Of a stretch of 11,423 bases of DNA, positions 1 to 9,405 are shown piece by piece. The position numbers and the translations under genes were made by a program. The stretch covers positions 6,129,153 to 6,140,575 of the forward strand of contig OZ199840.1 of NCBI GenBank assembly GCA_964304625.1. The letters are read 5' to 3'. Positions within the stretch are counted from its first letter, which is position 1, and each line of letters opens with the position of its first letter. The notes under the pieces are model-generated. The model was not told the DNA's origin. It saw nothing but the letters and a program-made list of their open reading frames with translations, and made no database searches. This stretch comes from Kudoa neothunni. Its lineage: Eukaryota; Animalia; Cnidaria.

Positions 1-59
1 TTTGGTACGATTTACAAAAATCGTCTGGCAACCCTGCCTCTATTATTTTAACTCTAGTG
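1..59. mobile_element. Probable terminus of a DNA transposon continuing left of the window
   Basis: Minus strand from 59 reads CACTAGAG...GGCAGGGTTGCCAGACG. CAGGGTTGCCAG (CTGGCAACCCTG at 25-36) is a common terminal or subterminal motif of animal DNA transposons (e.g. hAT-Blackjack type). No partner end is visible. Confidence 0.35.
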
Positions 60-489
60 ATCATTCGCGTTGGGGCGTGCGTGCGCAAGGAGATATATTC
101 TCTAACAAAATTAGATATAGAACTTAATTATTAACGCGTGGCACAACATTTTATTTTTACTATGAAATAATGCCTGTTAATATCGTCTTGAATGACGATT
201 TAGTTATGTTTTATTCTTTCTTTAACAATGGATATATCTGACGCAAGCGTCGTAATTAACCGGCCTTCGCAGGTTTTTTTCGCATCTTTAAAATAATCGT
301 TTTTTAGAATGACACTACGTAGAAATATTCGCTGTGTAGGATTTTGTGACTCTCACGTTGAGTTTTAAACGAGTCATAATTTGATTTATCTAACATAAGA
401 CTATAGTACGAGGGATGTCTGGGCTTGGATTTTTTTATTTCAGCCTGGGGTTTTGACCGCCATTATCGGGTTTCCTTTAATCTTCCGAG

Positions 490-693
490 TGCTTTGGTGC
501 TTAATAGACTCCAAAGCATTTTGTGATAAGGATTTTTTGTACTTGTTGGAATCAAACACGATTTATATCCCGTATAATCTACTAAAATATACACATGAAT
601 ATTAAAATCGGTTATTTTATAAAAAGATTAAAGTTTAAGGGAAATAAATAGACTTTATACACTTTGTACTTTTGGTGGCCTATTAGACCCCAC
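490..693. repeat. Left-end subterminal palindromic repeats of piggyBac copy 1
   Basis: TGCTTTGG-tgcttaatagact-CCAAAGCA (490-518) and ACTTTATACACTTTGTACTTTTGGTGGCCTATTAGACCCCAC (652-693). Both resemble the right-end block containing GGGTCTAATAGACCC (2291-2305). Confidence 0.75.
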
Positions 694-839
694 AATTTTA
701 TAGGCTTCAACAACTGTAAAAATTATTTTGTACATCTTATCAAAATTAAAACAGATTCTATCTCACAGATTAAGAGAAAATAAGTAAGCAAGTATCGGTG
801 ATGTTCCGCGAGAAATACCGAGAACATCTATAGAAATAC

Positions 840-1685
840 GAGCGCCTCAGATGATATAAATTATGAAAATTACGAAAGCGATGACAACAAATCCATTAAT
901 ATATTACAATGTAATCATAATTTTTCAGAACATTTCGAATTCTATGATAGTGGTGTTGACTCACCTAATATATATGCAGACAAAAATGGCGTAATGTGTT
1001 CGATTGAAGTTCTGAAAACCTCAAAGTGTACACAGAAAATATTGTAAACGATGCCCCTGGTGTTACAGCTTATTTAACTCGTAGAATACAGGAATTTGCG
1101 GAATGCTCAGATATACTTTTTCGTGGCGGCGTTTATGAAACCTTAATATGGGATACAAATACATTTGGTTTATATCATTACAGTCGTTGTTGGAAACAGT
1201 TTTTAAATCAAAAATGTTGGGCCCACATAGGTGTACCGATTTATATGATAATATTGAAATCACGATTGGAGGTTTTAAAAACATTTTGGAATAAGGATAA
1301 AAGTAGAGAAATATTTCAAAATGTCATGTTTTTGAGAAGATTGATTCAAATTACGAAGACTCTCCTTTCTGGCTATTTTGCGAACACAACCGATAAAACA
1401 AACTGATGACTTTTTCTTAATACCCTGTTCAAATTTAACAGCTGATGATCAGTTGATTACTTATGGAAGGAAATATCCTTCCATACGATACATGCCTTAT
1501 AAACCAACAGTCTACGGAATCAAATTATTCTGGGTTGTTGACACATTAACTACCTTTTTCCGTAATACTTCTGTCAACCCGGGTAAACAAAATAACCAAA
1601 AAGCTAAATGTTTTGGAGAAAATATTGTTTTAGACCTTGTGTCATACCTATAAACAATAATCGAAGAACAACGAATTCATACATC
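840..1685 (+). pseudogene. piggyBac (PGBD4-like, DDE_Tnp_1_7) transposase remnant
   Basis: Frameshifted pieces in the expected order: acidic N-terminus, YADKNGVMCS, NIVNDAPGVTAY, AHIGVPIYM, FWNKDKSREIFQNVMFLRR, PCSNLTADDQLITYGRKYPSIRYMPYKPTVYGIKLFWVVD (consensus LTVDEQL..F.GRC.F.QY.P.KP.KYGIK), GKQ...GENIVLDLV. Recognisable similarity ends near the second catalytic Asp. Confidence 0.9.
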
Positions 1686-2590
1686 CTTTATTTAGGGCTT
1701 TATTGTGAAAAATCTCTCAGTTTCTTGGCATTGATTACTCAAAAGAAAATAACATTTAATGTGTTATGATAGTGCTTTTGTGTTATTTTACCTCAGCTAA
1801 CGTACGGCAAATATCAAATAAGGTTTGTGTTGTCGTAAACATCTTCAGATTCGTTTGAACCTTTAATCAATTGTATCAAATTTGTTAATTTAATGTCTAT
1901 TTTTATTGTTATGAATAATATAGAATATTTTTTGAACGGAAAACCGAATTAATAATATGCGTAAACAATTAACAATACTTATTAGGACATCTGTTATATT
2001 TTATAAGAAACCATTTAGCACGTTTATAAATGATATAATATTAATTAAACCATCAATAGCATGCCGGAATAAATTTTTTTTGTGAATAAAAAATTATGAT
2101 TATTACACAAGATTGGAACAAACCCACTTTAATACACAGTTAATTCTACCGTTGGCACATTAACCCCACTCGTATATATTCGTTATGTCATGTTTTTACA
2201 ATAGTGTCTAAATTAATCGATAGAATTTTTTCCAAATTGACATACGAGCTTAAAAAAAATTTCCGCCTTTAATGAGCCCATAAAAACATAGGGTCTAATA
2301 GACCCCAAAAAGCACAACATGTAAAGTAAATTTTGAGGCGCTCGGATGATTAAATAAGGAAGAGTTCCATAAATGATTTTAATGCCTTGTGGCTCTTGAA
2401 AATCTGGTCAATCTTAAAGTTGGCTCCCGATCTGGGCAAATCTGACCGCCCCTAAAATAGTAGATAAAGAATAATTATATTACACAAAAATTTATTATTA
2501 TTAAACTATCGAAACATATGATTTGGAGGTAAATTCAAATTTCGAAGACAAATCGAAGGTGGATTTTTGATTTAAATATAAAAATAATAT

Positions 2591-2629
2591 GGGGTCGCTT
2601 AAATACCTCAGTTCGCCTGGAAGGGTTAA
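2591..2629. mobile_element. Orphan piggyBac-like terminus of a different family
   Basis: Minus strand reads TTAA-CCCTTCCAGGCGAACTGAGGTATTTAAGCGACCCC: the canonical TTAA|CCCTT start plus a degenerate GGGGT..GACCCC subterminal palindrome. No convincing partner end found. Confidence 0.45.
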
Positions 2630-2684
2630 AAAATTATGATGTTTAAACATTTTAATTAAAAAAATGTTGAAATGTTGCTGCATA

Positions 2685-4126
2685 CAGTCTAACCTGGATA
2701 GTGCGTAATTTTTCGGGAATGGGAACAAATAGCACAATAGGGAGATTTTACGCAATACATGCATGGCGCACGCGCGTCAATTAAAACCAAATTTTTTGGG
2801 GTTTAAAATAAAAAATAATTGGCAATTTCAGTTGGTTCGCGCCAATTTTTGATTATTTCTGACATGAATTCCATAACTGGGCGTGTTCTGAAAATAATGC
2901 TATTGAACTTTCTCACAAAAATTTTACGATGAAATCAATTGAATATTGGAGTTTCACAGTTGACACAAGCGTGTTATCGTTTACAAAGTTTGTATCGGCA
3001 TTTTTTTAAATCTATCAATTGAATACGCTTCAGGTAAAGTTATTGATTCTTCATGTACTATTTTCCACCTCTTCAATGTTGTTGATTTCGTCATATTTTT
3101 TAACTAAAAATTCAAGTTGATAAACAATTAAATAGTGTCACGAAATTCTCAACATTATTTTCAGAAAAATCTTGATTAAAATTTTCATTATCTAATAATG
3201 TTTAATTTAATATATTGAAGAATCAAAATACAATGTTCAAAAAGTCTAGATTATCTTAAGCAATTTTGAATTATAGTCGATGATACGTTGTCCGATGCAT
3301 GTTTTTTGGTTTTAATAAAACCAAAACTGTATACTTAAATATATTAGAATTATCCGTATTTATTTTGTTGCACTCTGTATCCTAGTGAAATTTCTGTGAA
3401 CTTTACCAAAAAATCCATCACAGTTTTATTATTTACAATGTTGGTTTCACCATAAAATTTATTGTAATTAATTCCAAGTCAGTTTTTTCAATCCCGCGAA
3501 CCAACCGTTACTACCGGCAAATTTGGCTATGCTCATGGATATAGCGTTATTTTTGTCTTTTCCGCGATAATGTAAGCACGGATAACTTATTCTCATTCGC
3601 ATTTTAGTTATCCATGTAAAGAATTAACTATCCAACTCCATGTATTTGTCTTCTTTTTTTTTGAAGCCGAAACAGTAGAATTAATAGTATCATTTGAGAA
3701 GAAAAAATTCTATTAATAGCTGAATGTCTTGCAAATACATTATATTGGGTTGGATAATTTTATATAATTAGATGGCTTGGGATGTTCAAAAGTCATTGCT
3801 TTTTCTCCTTTGAATGATTTAATCGAATTGTAGTATTCGAAAATTTCAATTTTTTCAGACGTTCGCTGATTCCTTGCCATTTCTGTTCTGCAGAATTCGA
3901 AAAGAAAGTTAATTGAGGATTAAACTGAACAAAATATTACGCAGTAGCGAGATTTTAGTTTTAGTGCGATATCTTAAATTTATACTTCTCTAGTAAAACA
4001 TTTCATCTTTGTTTGTTCCGGTAACATAAATTTAAACAATTTAAAAGCAAAGTTTAAGTAAAAAAATTAAAATATCCTTTATATTTCAATAAACTTGTGA
4101 AATTACGCAATATCCAGGTTCAACTG
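2685..4126 (-). mobile_element. Tigger/pogo (Tc1-mariner superfamily) DNA transposon, internally deleted
   Basis: TA at 2683-2684 and 4127-4128. 27-bp TIRs CAGTCTAACCTGGATAGTGCGTAATTT (2685-2711) and CAGTTGAACCTGGATATTGCGTAATTT (reverse complement of 4100-4126), 24/27 match. Internal TTACGCARTA repeats at 2748-2757 and 3937-3946. Confidence 0.93.
2810..3880 (-). pseudogene. Tigger/pogo transposase remnant (CENP-B-type HTH)
   Basis: ATG at 3880 gives MARNQRTSEKIEIFEYY. With stops and frameshifts it continues KYMELDS*FFTWITKMR, IIAEKTK, FAGSNGWFAGLKK, GINYNKFYGETNIV, NTDNSNIFK (NxDETGLF equivalent), then directly ASDNVSSTIIQNCL (AW..V...TI.NCF equivalent). A frameshifted QLK-IANYF PIP-box-like end lies near 2812-2835. 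Confidence 0.88.
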
Positions 4127-4846
4127 TAATTACTTATGTTATGATCCCAAAGGACACTATTAGGAAGGACATACATTATCACACCCAATCAGCTTGGCGT
4201 ATTGATTCCCATTAACATTAATTAGTAGTTCTCGTTATTCACTTTAGTACGACCGGAATAATTACTATTTTACGAATACGGTCACTACCTCTTCTATCCT
4301 AGTTATACTTTTATTTAATATATTGGGTTTCTATTCTCGCGCGATACCAACAACTTAAAAAACACAAAAATAATTTTTAATGTAACTAGACAAAAGTTAT
4401 GAGTGTGATTCTTACTTAATTGTTTGGGGTGTGCGGAAATTATTCACTGTGTTTATTTAACATTTGGGTATGTTAATTATTATATTTAAAATGTAATAAT
4501 TCGTTAAGAATATTCACATAACGCTACAACTTACGAATTTGTCTAGCTGAGCGAAAAAAAAACAATTTTAATCTCCTTTATGTAAATAAACATCGAAAAT
4601 TATATAATCTAATTATAATTATTATTTATATGAAGTACATAATAGATTTCTTACAAGAACAGTCAAATCATTGCTGAACTCAAATTAAGAACAATTAATA
4701 ATGAGAAAGATTGCATAATTTAAAGCTTAATATAGAATTTATTTATTTAAGCGGGGAGTGAAAAGAGGAAATTTCAGTAAATTTTGATGAAATGTTCTAT
4801 CTAATACCAACAAATAACGATCAGTACTCTTTCAAGTTGTAATGCT

Positions 4847-7800
4847 TTAAAACTCCCAAGACTTCATCCATCTATAGGCCGAGTAGCTGGAATTATTTGG
4901 GACTTTAGCGGCTATATTTCCGGACATACCGTAAGAGAGGAAAGAAAAGGAATAAAAGCTAAATATATCTATCAATACTTTGTATGTTCAAAATTATGCT
5001 ACCTAAAAGTGATGCCCGCTATAAATAAAAGGTGTAAGATTGATAATTCATTCTTTTTAGGAGCAGGTTGGTCTGGCTTTCGAAAGTGTGTCAATATTGT
5101 CCCAATTATAAAATTGAATACAACACCTATAGGAAACAAGGAAACAGTGGTAAATTCCGCTGCAATCAATCGGTGGAGATATACCAGCAATTACACACGA
5201 TAAATGGTATGAGGGGAAATAATGGTGATAATACAGCACTCTTCCCATGAAATAATATGGGATATAGTTGAAGGCCCACAGCAAATACACAGGCCAGCAT
5301 TTACGAATATGAGAACCTTGTAAACGAATTAAATAATTTCAAAATAATGAATAACAAATATGAATACCGTTCCACGAATTACTCAACGAATCGGAGGGAT
5401 ATCTCAAGGAGTAAATCGAAAATGCAATAAAAACGATAGGATAGTTCACAATTACTAACAAACAACTCCACCATAATACCTATATGATTTACAAATAATT
5501 GTATTGTTATACATTTATCAATACAGGATTTCCAAGCAGATACACTCGATGCTGACTTTTCCCAGAGAACCATATCCCCTAAACAAAAAATCAATCAGTT
5601 GATTTAAATACATTGATTTTAAATCTACTTTATAATTAATGGGCCACATCCATGGTCTCGAGGGCATTTCATACGATTTAGGTAGAAGATTGCTGTTGAC
5701 CTAAAAACAAAAATTATATGTTAATAAAGTAAACTATTATATACAGATAACATTCGATCTTGATATTCGATAATTCTGGAAATCCAACCAGATTTTATCG
5801 AGTCGGTTATGTCAACTTTTTCCACTAAATTTAAATCAATAGATTAGATAATAAATAAATCCATTGTAGATGCCTTCTTCATTTGGACTTTGATTATAAA
5901 AAAACACCCAACAACTTCGAGGATGCCTCAAGTTGTTATTGCATATCGATTCTTCCTGCTCAAACCCCCTAATTATTGTAAGAATGTTTTTAACATTGAA
6001 TATGATGATATACCATTTTGGGAGTTTATCACCACTTAACATGAGCTCACATTTCATATTTTTATGAGTGAGAGAGATTTTTGTAGATACTGGGCCAATC
6101 CTTTTTTTATCTTGAGGATTTTTTAATATTTTCACAATCCAGTCATCATTAGTGTCTCTTGTGTGATTCTACAATAATGCAAGAGTTAAAATTTAATTAT
6201 TTTATAAACAATTACATTTCCGTATGCAGTGACCTGGTAAACTTTGGTGTTGATGGGAGCTTTTTCATTATGGCTATGTAGATTACGTTTTGTTCTAAAC
6301 ACGTTGAATAATTTAATATAATGAAAAAACTTATAAATACGCGTTATGTGTTAGCATAATGGTGTCTCCATCACAAATATAGTCACCTTTGGAGCCACCA
6401 GCTTTTGTGACTATCCAGTAACTATTAGGGTCAATGAAACCATAACCCGTTATCTAAATTAGAATAATTCCATATTGCTTGCAAGAACAAGTGGAAAATG
6501 GGAGAAATACTTGCTGTTGTTGAGGACCATGTTCTTTAGGATACATATGCTCATGGCTGTGTAGATAGTTGGATTTTGCATCGCAGCCTTTCATAACAAC
6601 CATACTTTTGTCAGTAATATCTTTAAGAATAAAAAAAGTTTTCTCAAACAAAATTACATTGAGAAATATTTCTAAGGTTAGAATCGACTTTATTTTCTTG
6701 CAACGTGAGCTGGAATTGAGGACTAAAGAAACCATCACCAGGTCCCCTATTTCATTTTCAATAAGACACAAAAATTCAAATATAAATATAATAAGACTAC
6801 GAATATGATATAGTTAGCAAATGACACACGAAAAAAACGTAATATATAATAAAAGGGACAAGCACAAAAGCTAACAATCGGGTTTCAATGAATCTGTACA
6901 CATTTCTCTAAGGAACGTAAAGAAACTGATTGATGGATAGTAGTTACCCATGAGACTTTTTGGTCGATAGCGAGAGCGAACAAATCGATGGTTGTAACAA
7001 CGCCAATGGTACCGAATAACAATAGCCCTACCACCTTGATACTATATTGGCCGTAAAAAAATAAGTTCCTCCAAATTTTAATATACCTCATAGTGAACCC
7101 CAGGAAATAACCTGTAAGAATCAAATATTCACTACCTTCTAACAAATCTTCCTTGACGCTAAAAATCAACGAAAATTTAATTTTACATAAAAAACATATG
7201 TTATACAATAAATTCCTATATTTCATAAAGAAATACATGCTACCACACATACAGCATATGAGAGGGGAATCAAGTAGTATAAATCGAGAGAGGGTTAGTG
7301 ATCCTGTATCTAAAATTAAATTTTTCATTCTTAATTATTCTTCTCATAATATTTAGCTTACCACATATCACAAATAAAGCAGCTAATACTGAAGCTGGAA
7401 CATTGGAAGTGATTTCATGGGCCATGCCATAAATAAACATTATAGTTATGACACCAAGACCAGCCGACAGCTAAATTTGAAATAATATTGATAAACTCGA
7501 ACAACAGGATTGATTGACTTGACGCATGGGTACATAAAAATCATGGGAATATTCCAACCCAGTTTCTTTAAACGTGAAATTGCCATTGTAACCGTTTAGA
7601 ATGCCAACAAAAGCGTACAACATCTACTTACATGATTATACAAATAGAAATCAATAAAAAATTTACTTTTGCAAACGGCGGATGTACGTCAAAATAAAAA
7701 CTCGAGTTAATATAATAATTTGCGTATTTTCCAAAATGAGCCTCATCCCAACTGGTCCAAATAATTGATCAATCGCCGTATTAGTTAAACAACAATATCT

Positions 7801-8028
7801 TACCAAACCCATGCTGGCGTCTCTATCTTGTAAAAACGCGTGGTTACTGCCAACAGGAAAACAATTGGTAATGCGACGCTATTGGATATTTCGATTTGAT
7901 GTGATAGCAATTTTTCAATTTTCCCTTTATTCTTGTCGGATGAAAATAATCTCTACAAAAAAGTCAGCATAAGATAAAATTTAGAAAAAATTAATAGGGG
8001 ATCTCACATTTACAAACCAATGAAACAT
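4847..8028 (-). CDS. POMT2: Dolichyl-phosphate-mannose:protein O-mannosyltransferase 2 (GT39; PMT + MIR + PMT_4TMC), 22 exons, ~723 aa
   Basis: Hand-spliced exons: 8028-8008, 7952-7804, 7751-7667, 7623-7519, 7470-7362, 7309-7207, 7158-7087, 7041-6948, 6907-6801, 6746-6658, 6620-6511, 6453-6341, 6294-6216, 6168-6014, 5968-5874, 5824-5745, 5700-5629, 5578-5525, 5479-5368, 5316-5185, 5126-5003, 4958-4847 (2172 nt, open frame). Motifs: [137 protein letters not shown] and SGPGDGFFS indicate POMT2 rather than POMT1. Exon 1 and the donor of intron 15 are the least certain parts. Confidence 0.96.
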
Positions 8029-8126
8029 TCTATATTTGATAACCGCTAAGCTTTGACTTATTTATAATATCCGTATAAATTAATCTAATAGTATTAGTTT
8101 AATCCAATATAATTTTGTTATGATCC

Positions 8127-8429
8127 TTATTCCCATTTCGAAATCACTATTGTTGACAATACGTCAAACATATTTCCCGAAAGTAGTTGTTCTTGGGGAG
8201 TTGCTCTTATGACTATAGTAACCGTAAAAAGTTCTGAATTTGTAATCAACGAAGAATTATTGTTCGTATCAATTAGTTGAGAATAATAACCACTTGGAAC
8301 TAATTTTTCAAAACGTTCTACGAATTTTACATAATATTTTCTAATTGTTTTAAAATTTTGCTCAACAAGTAAATAAAAGTTTATTTATTTCCCCTGAAGT
8401 GTCATTAAAGCTCGCGACTTAAGTTGTTT
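8127..8429 (-). pseudogene. Coding-like remnant, possibly Ty3/gypsy gag fragment
   Basis: About 100 codons with a single internal stop: KQLKSRALMTLQGK*INFYLLVEQNFKTIRKYYVKFVERFEKLVPSGYY...SKWE*. It loosely fits the gag capsid pattern L.GKA..FY..L.......Y.......RF. Confidence 0.3.
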
Positions 8430-9405
8430 ACTGTGTTTAAAAATTATCAACTAGCTAGAGATAAGCCTATGGAAATTTAATTTAATTGATCTATTGAATA
8501 ATATTCAATTTTTCTCCCTTTAAATTATTTTTTACAATATTTGTTTGTTGCATTTTATTGTTTTTAATTAAAACAATTTATATATTAGTTGATAAATTTT
8601 CTTAACTGAGTTAAATTGGATTATCTATTTCTCACTGACACAAAGCCAATGAGAAAATTAAATTTTTAGGATATATATTATCTCTAAATTTAATGTATGA
8701 TTTACGGGATGACAGGTCAACGTGTGTATATAATTCAGTTTTCTTCAAATGATTATCGCACTTTAGCAGGTGCTTGTTGCTGTTTAAACATAATCCTTGA
8801 TCTGCTTATATGCTATGAATAGAATATAATTTTGTGTACAAAGTACTTACAGAATGGTGTCGATGGTTAGAAGTGTTTTGTGACTCAACAAATTATAATT
8901 TTACATCTAATAGTTAGGAATTTTTGCAATTTCATAATGACCATGTTTCTTTTCCATGCTCATCGGTTATTTTGAGATGTGAATTTTATAATCACGTACA
9001 CCTCGATAAGTTTTAAATTGTTTTTCTGTTTTCGTTTGGTCACTCATTGATTAATTTTTCTATAGTTGTCAGTACAATAATAGAAAGTCTCTTGTATGAG
9101 TCATCTTTTTACTTTAGTTTCTTGAGTCTCTTTCTTCAACTTCATTTATATAAGAATATTTTAAATCAGTTAAAGAAATGTTGGCCTTAATATTTTTGGA
9201 TAACCATATTCACTTATCATAATTTATGAAAAACCATTTTATAATCTTCAGTATTCCACTTAGTAAGCAAGGCAATATATTTCATCAGTTCATCTTTGGT
9301 TTGGTATAAATTGTTGCCACTATTTTATGAATAGCGAATTTCTCGATCTAGTGAAGCATTTCGCTGTTTAAAACATTTAAAAAGGCCACGAGTCAAGTGA
9401 TATGG

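Larger units (their letters stand above)
481..2349 (+). mobile_element. piggyBac-family DNA transposon, non-autonomous (decayed, internally deleted), copy 1
   Basis: TTAA at 477-480 and 2350-2353. 12-bp TIRs TCTTCCGAGTGC (481-492) and TCATCCGAGCGC (reverse complement of 2338-2349), 10/12 match. Subterminal palindromic repeats at both ends and transposase remnants inside. The right boundary is confirmed independently because homology to the second copy stops at the TTAA. Confidence 0.9.

Noticed and set aside
240-251. GC hairpin GACGC-AA-GCGTC as a Helitron 3' end or terminator
   Set aside because: No CTRR at the expected distance on either strand, and the stem is short enough to be chance.
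407-430. TACGAGGG mariner-like TIR start
   Set aside because: No matching inverted partner or mariner coding remnant found.
1770-1860. Possible remnant of the piggyBac C-terminal cysteine-rich domain (GLCCRKHLQI)
   Set aside because: Too few Cys/His residues in register to support the call.
2501-2764. 87-aa minus-strand ORF
   Set aside because: Crosses the Tigger TIR and a piggyBac-like end, so it is a chance frame.
4999-7328. Minus-strand ORF-track proteins as separate small genes or an operon
   Set aside because: They are exon/intron read-through or off-frame fragments of the single spliced POMT2 gene.
5009-7356. Plus-strand ORFs 5009-5203, 5068-5250, 6569-6808, 7153-7356
   Set aside because: Antisense shadows of POMT2 exons with no recognisable motifs.
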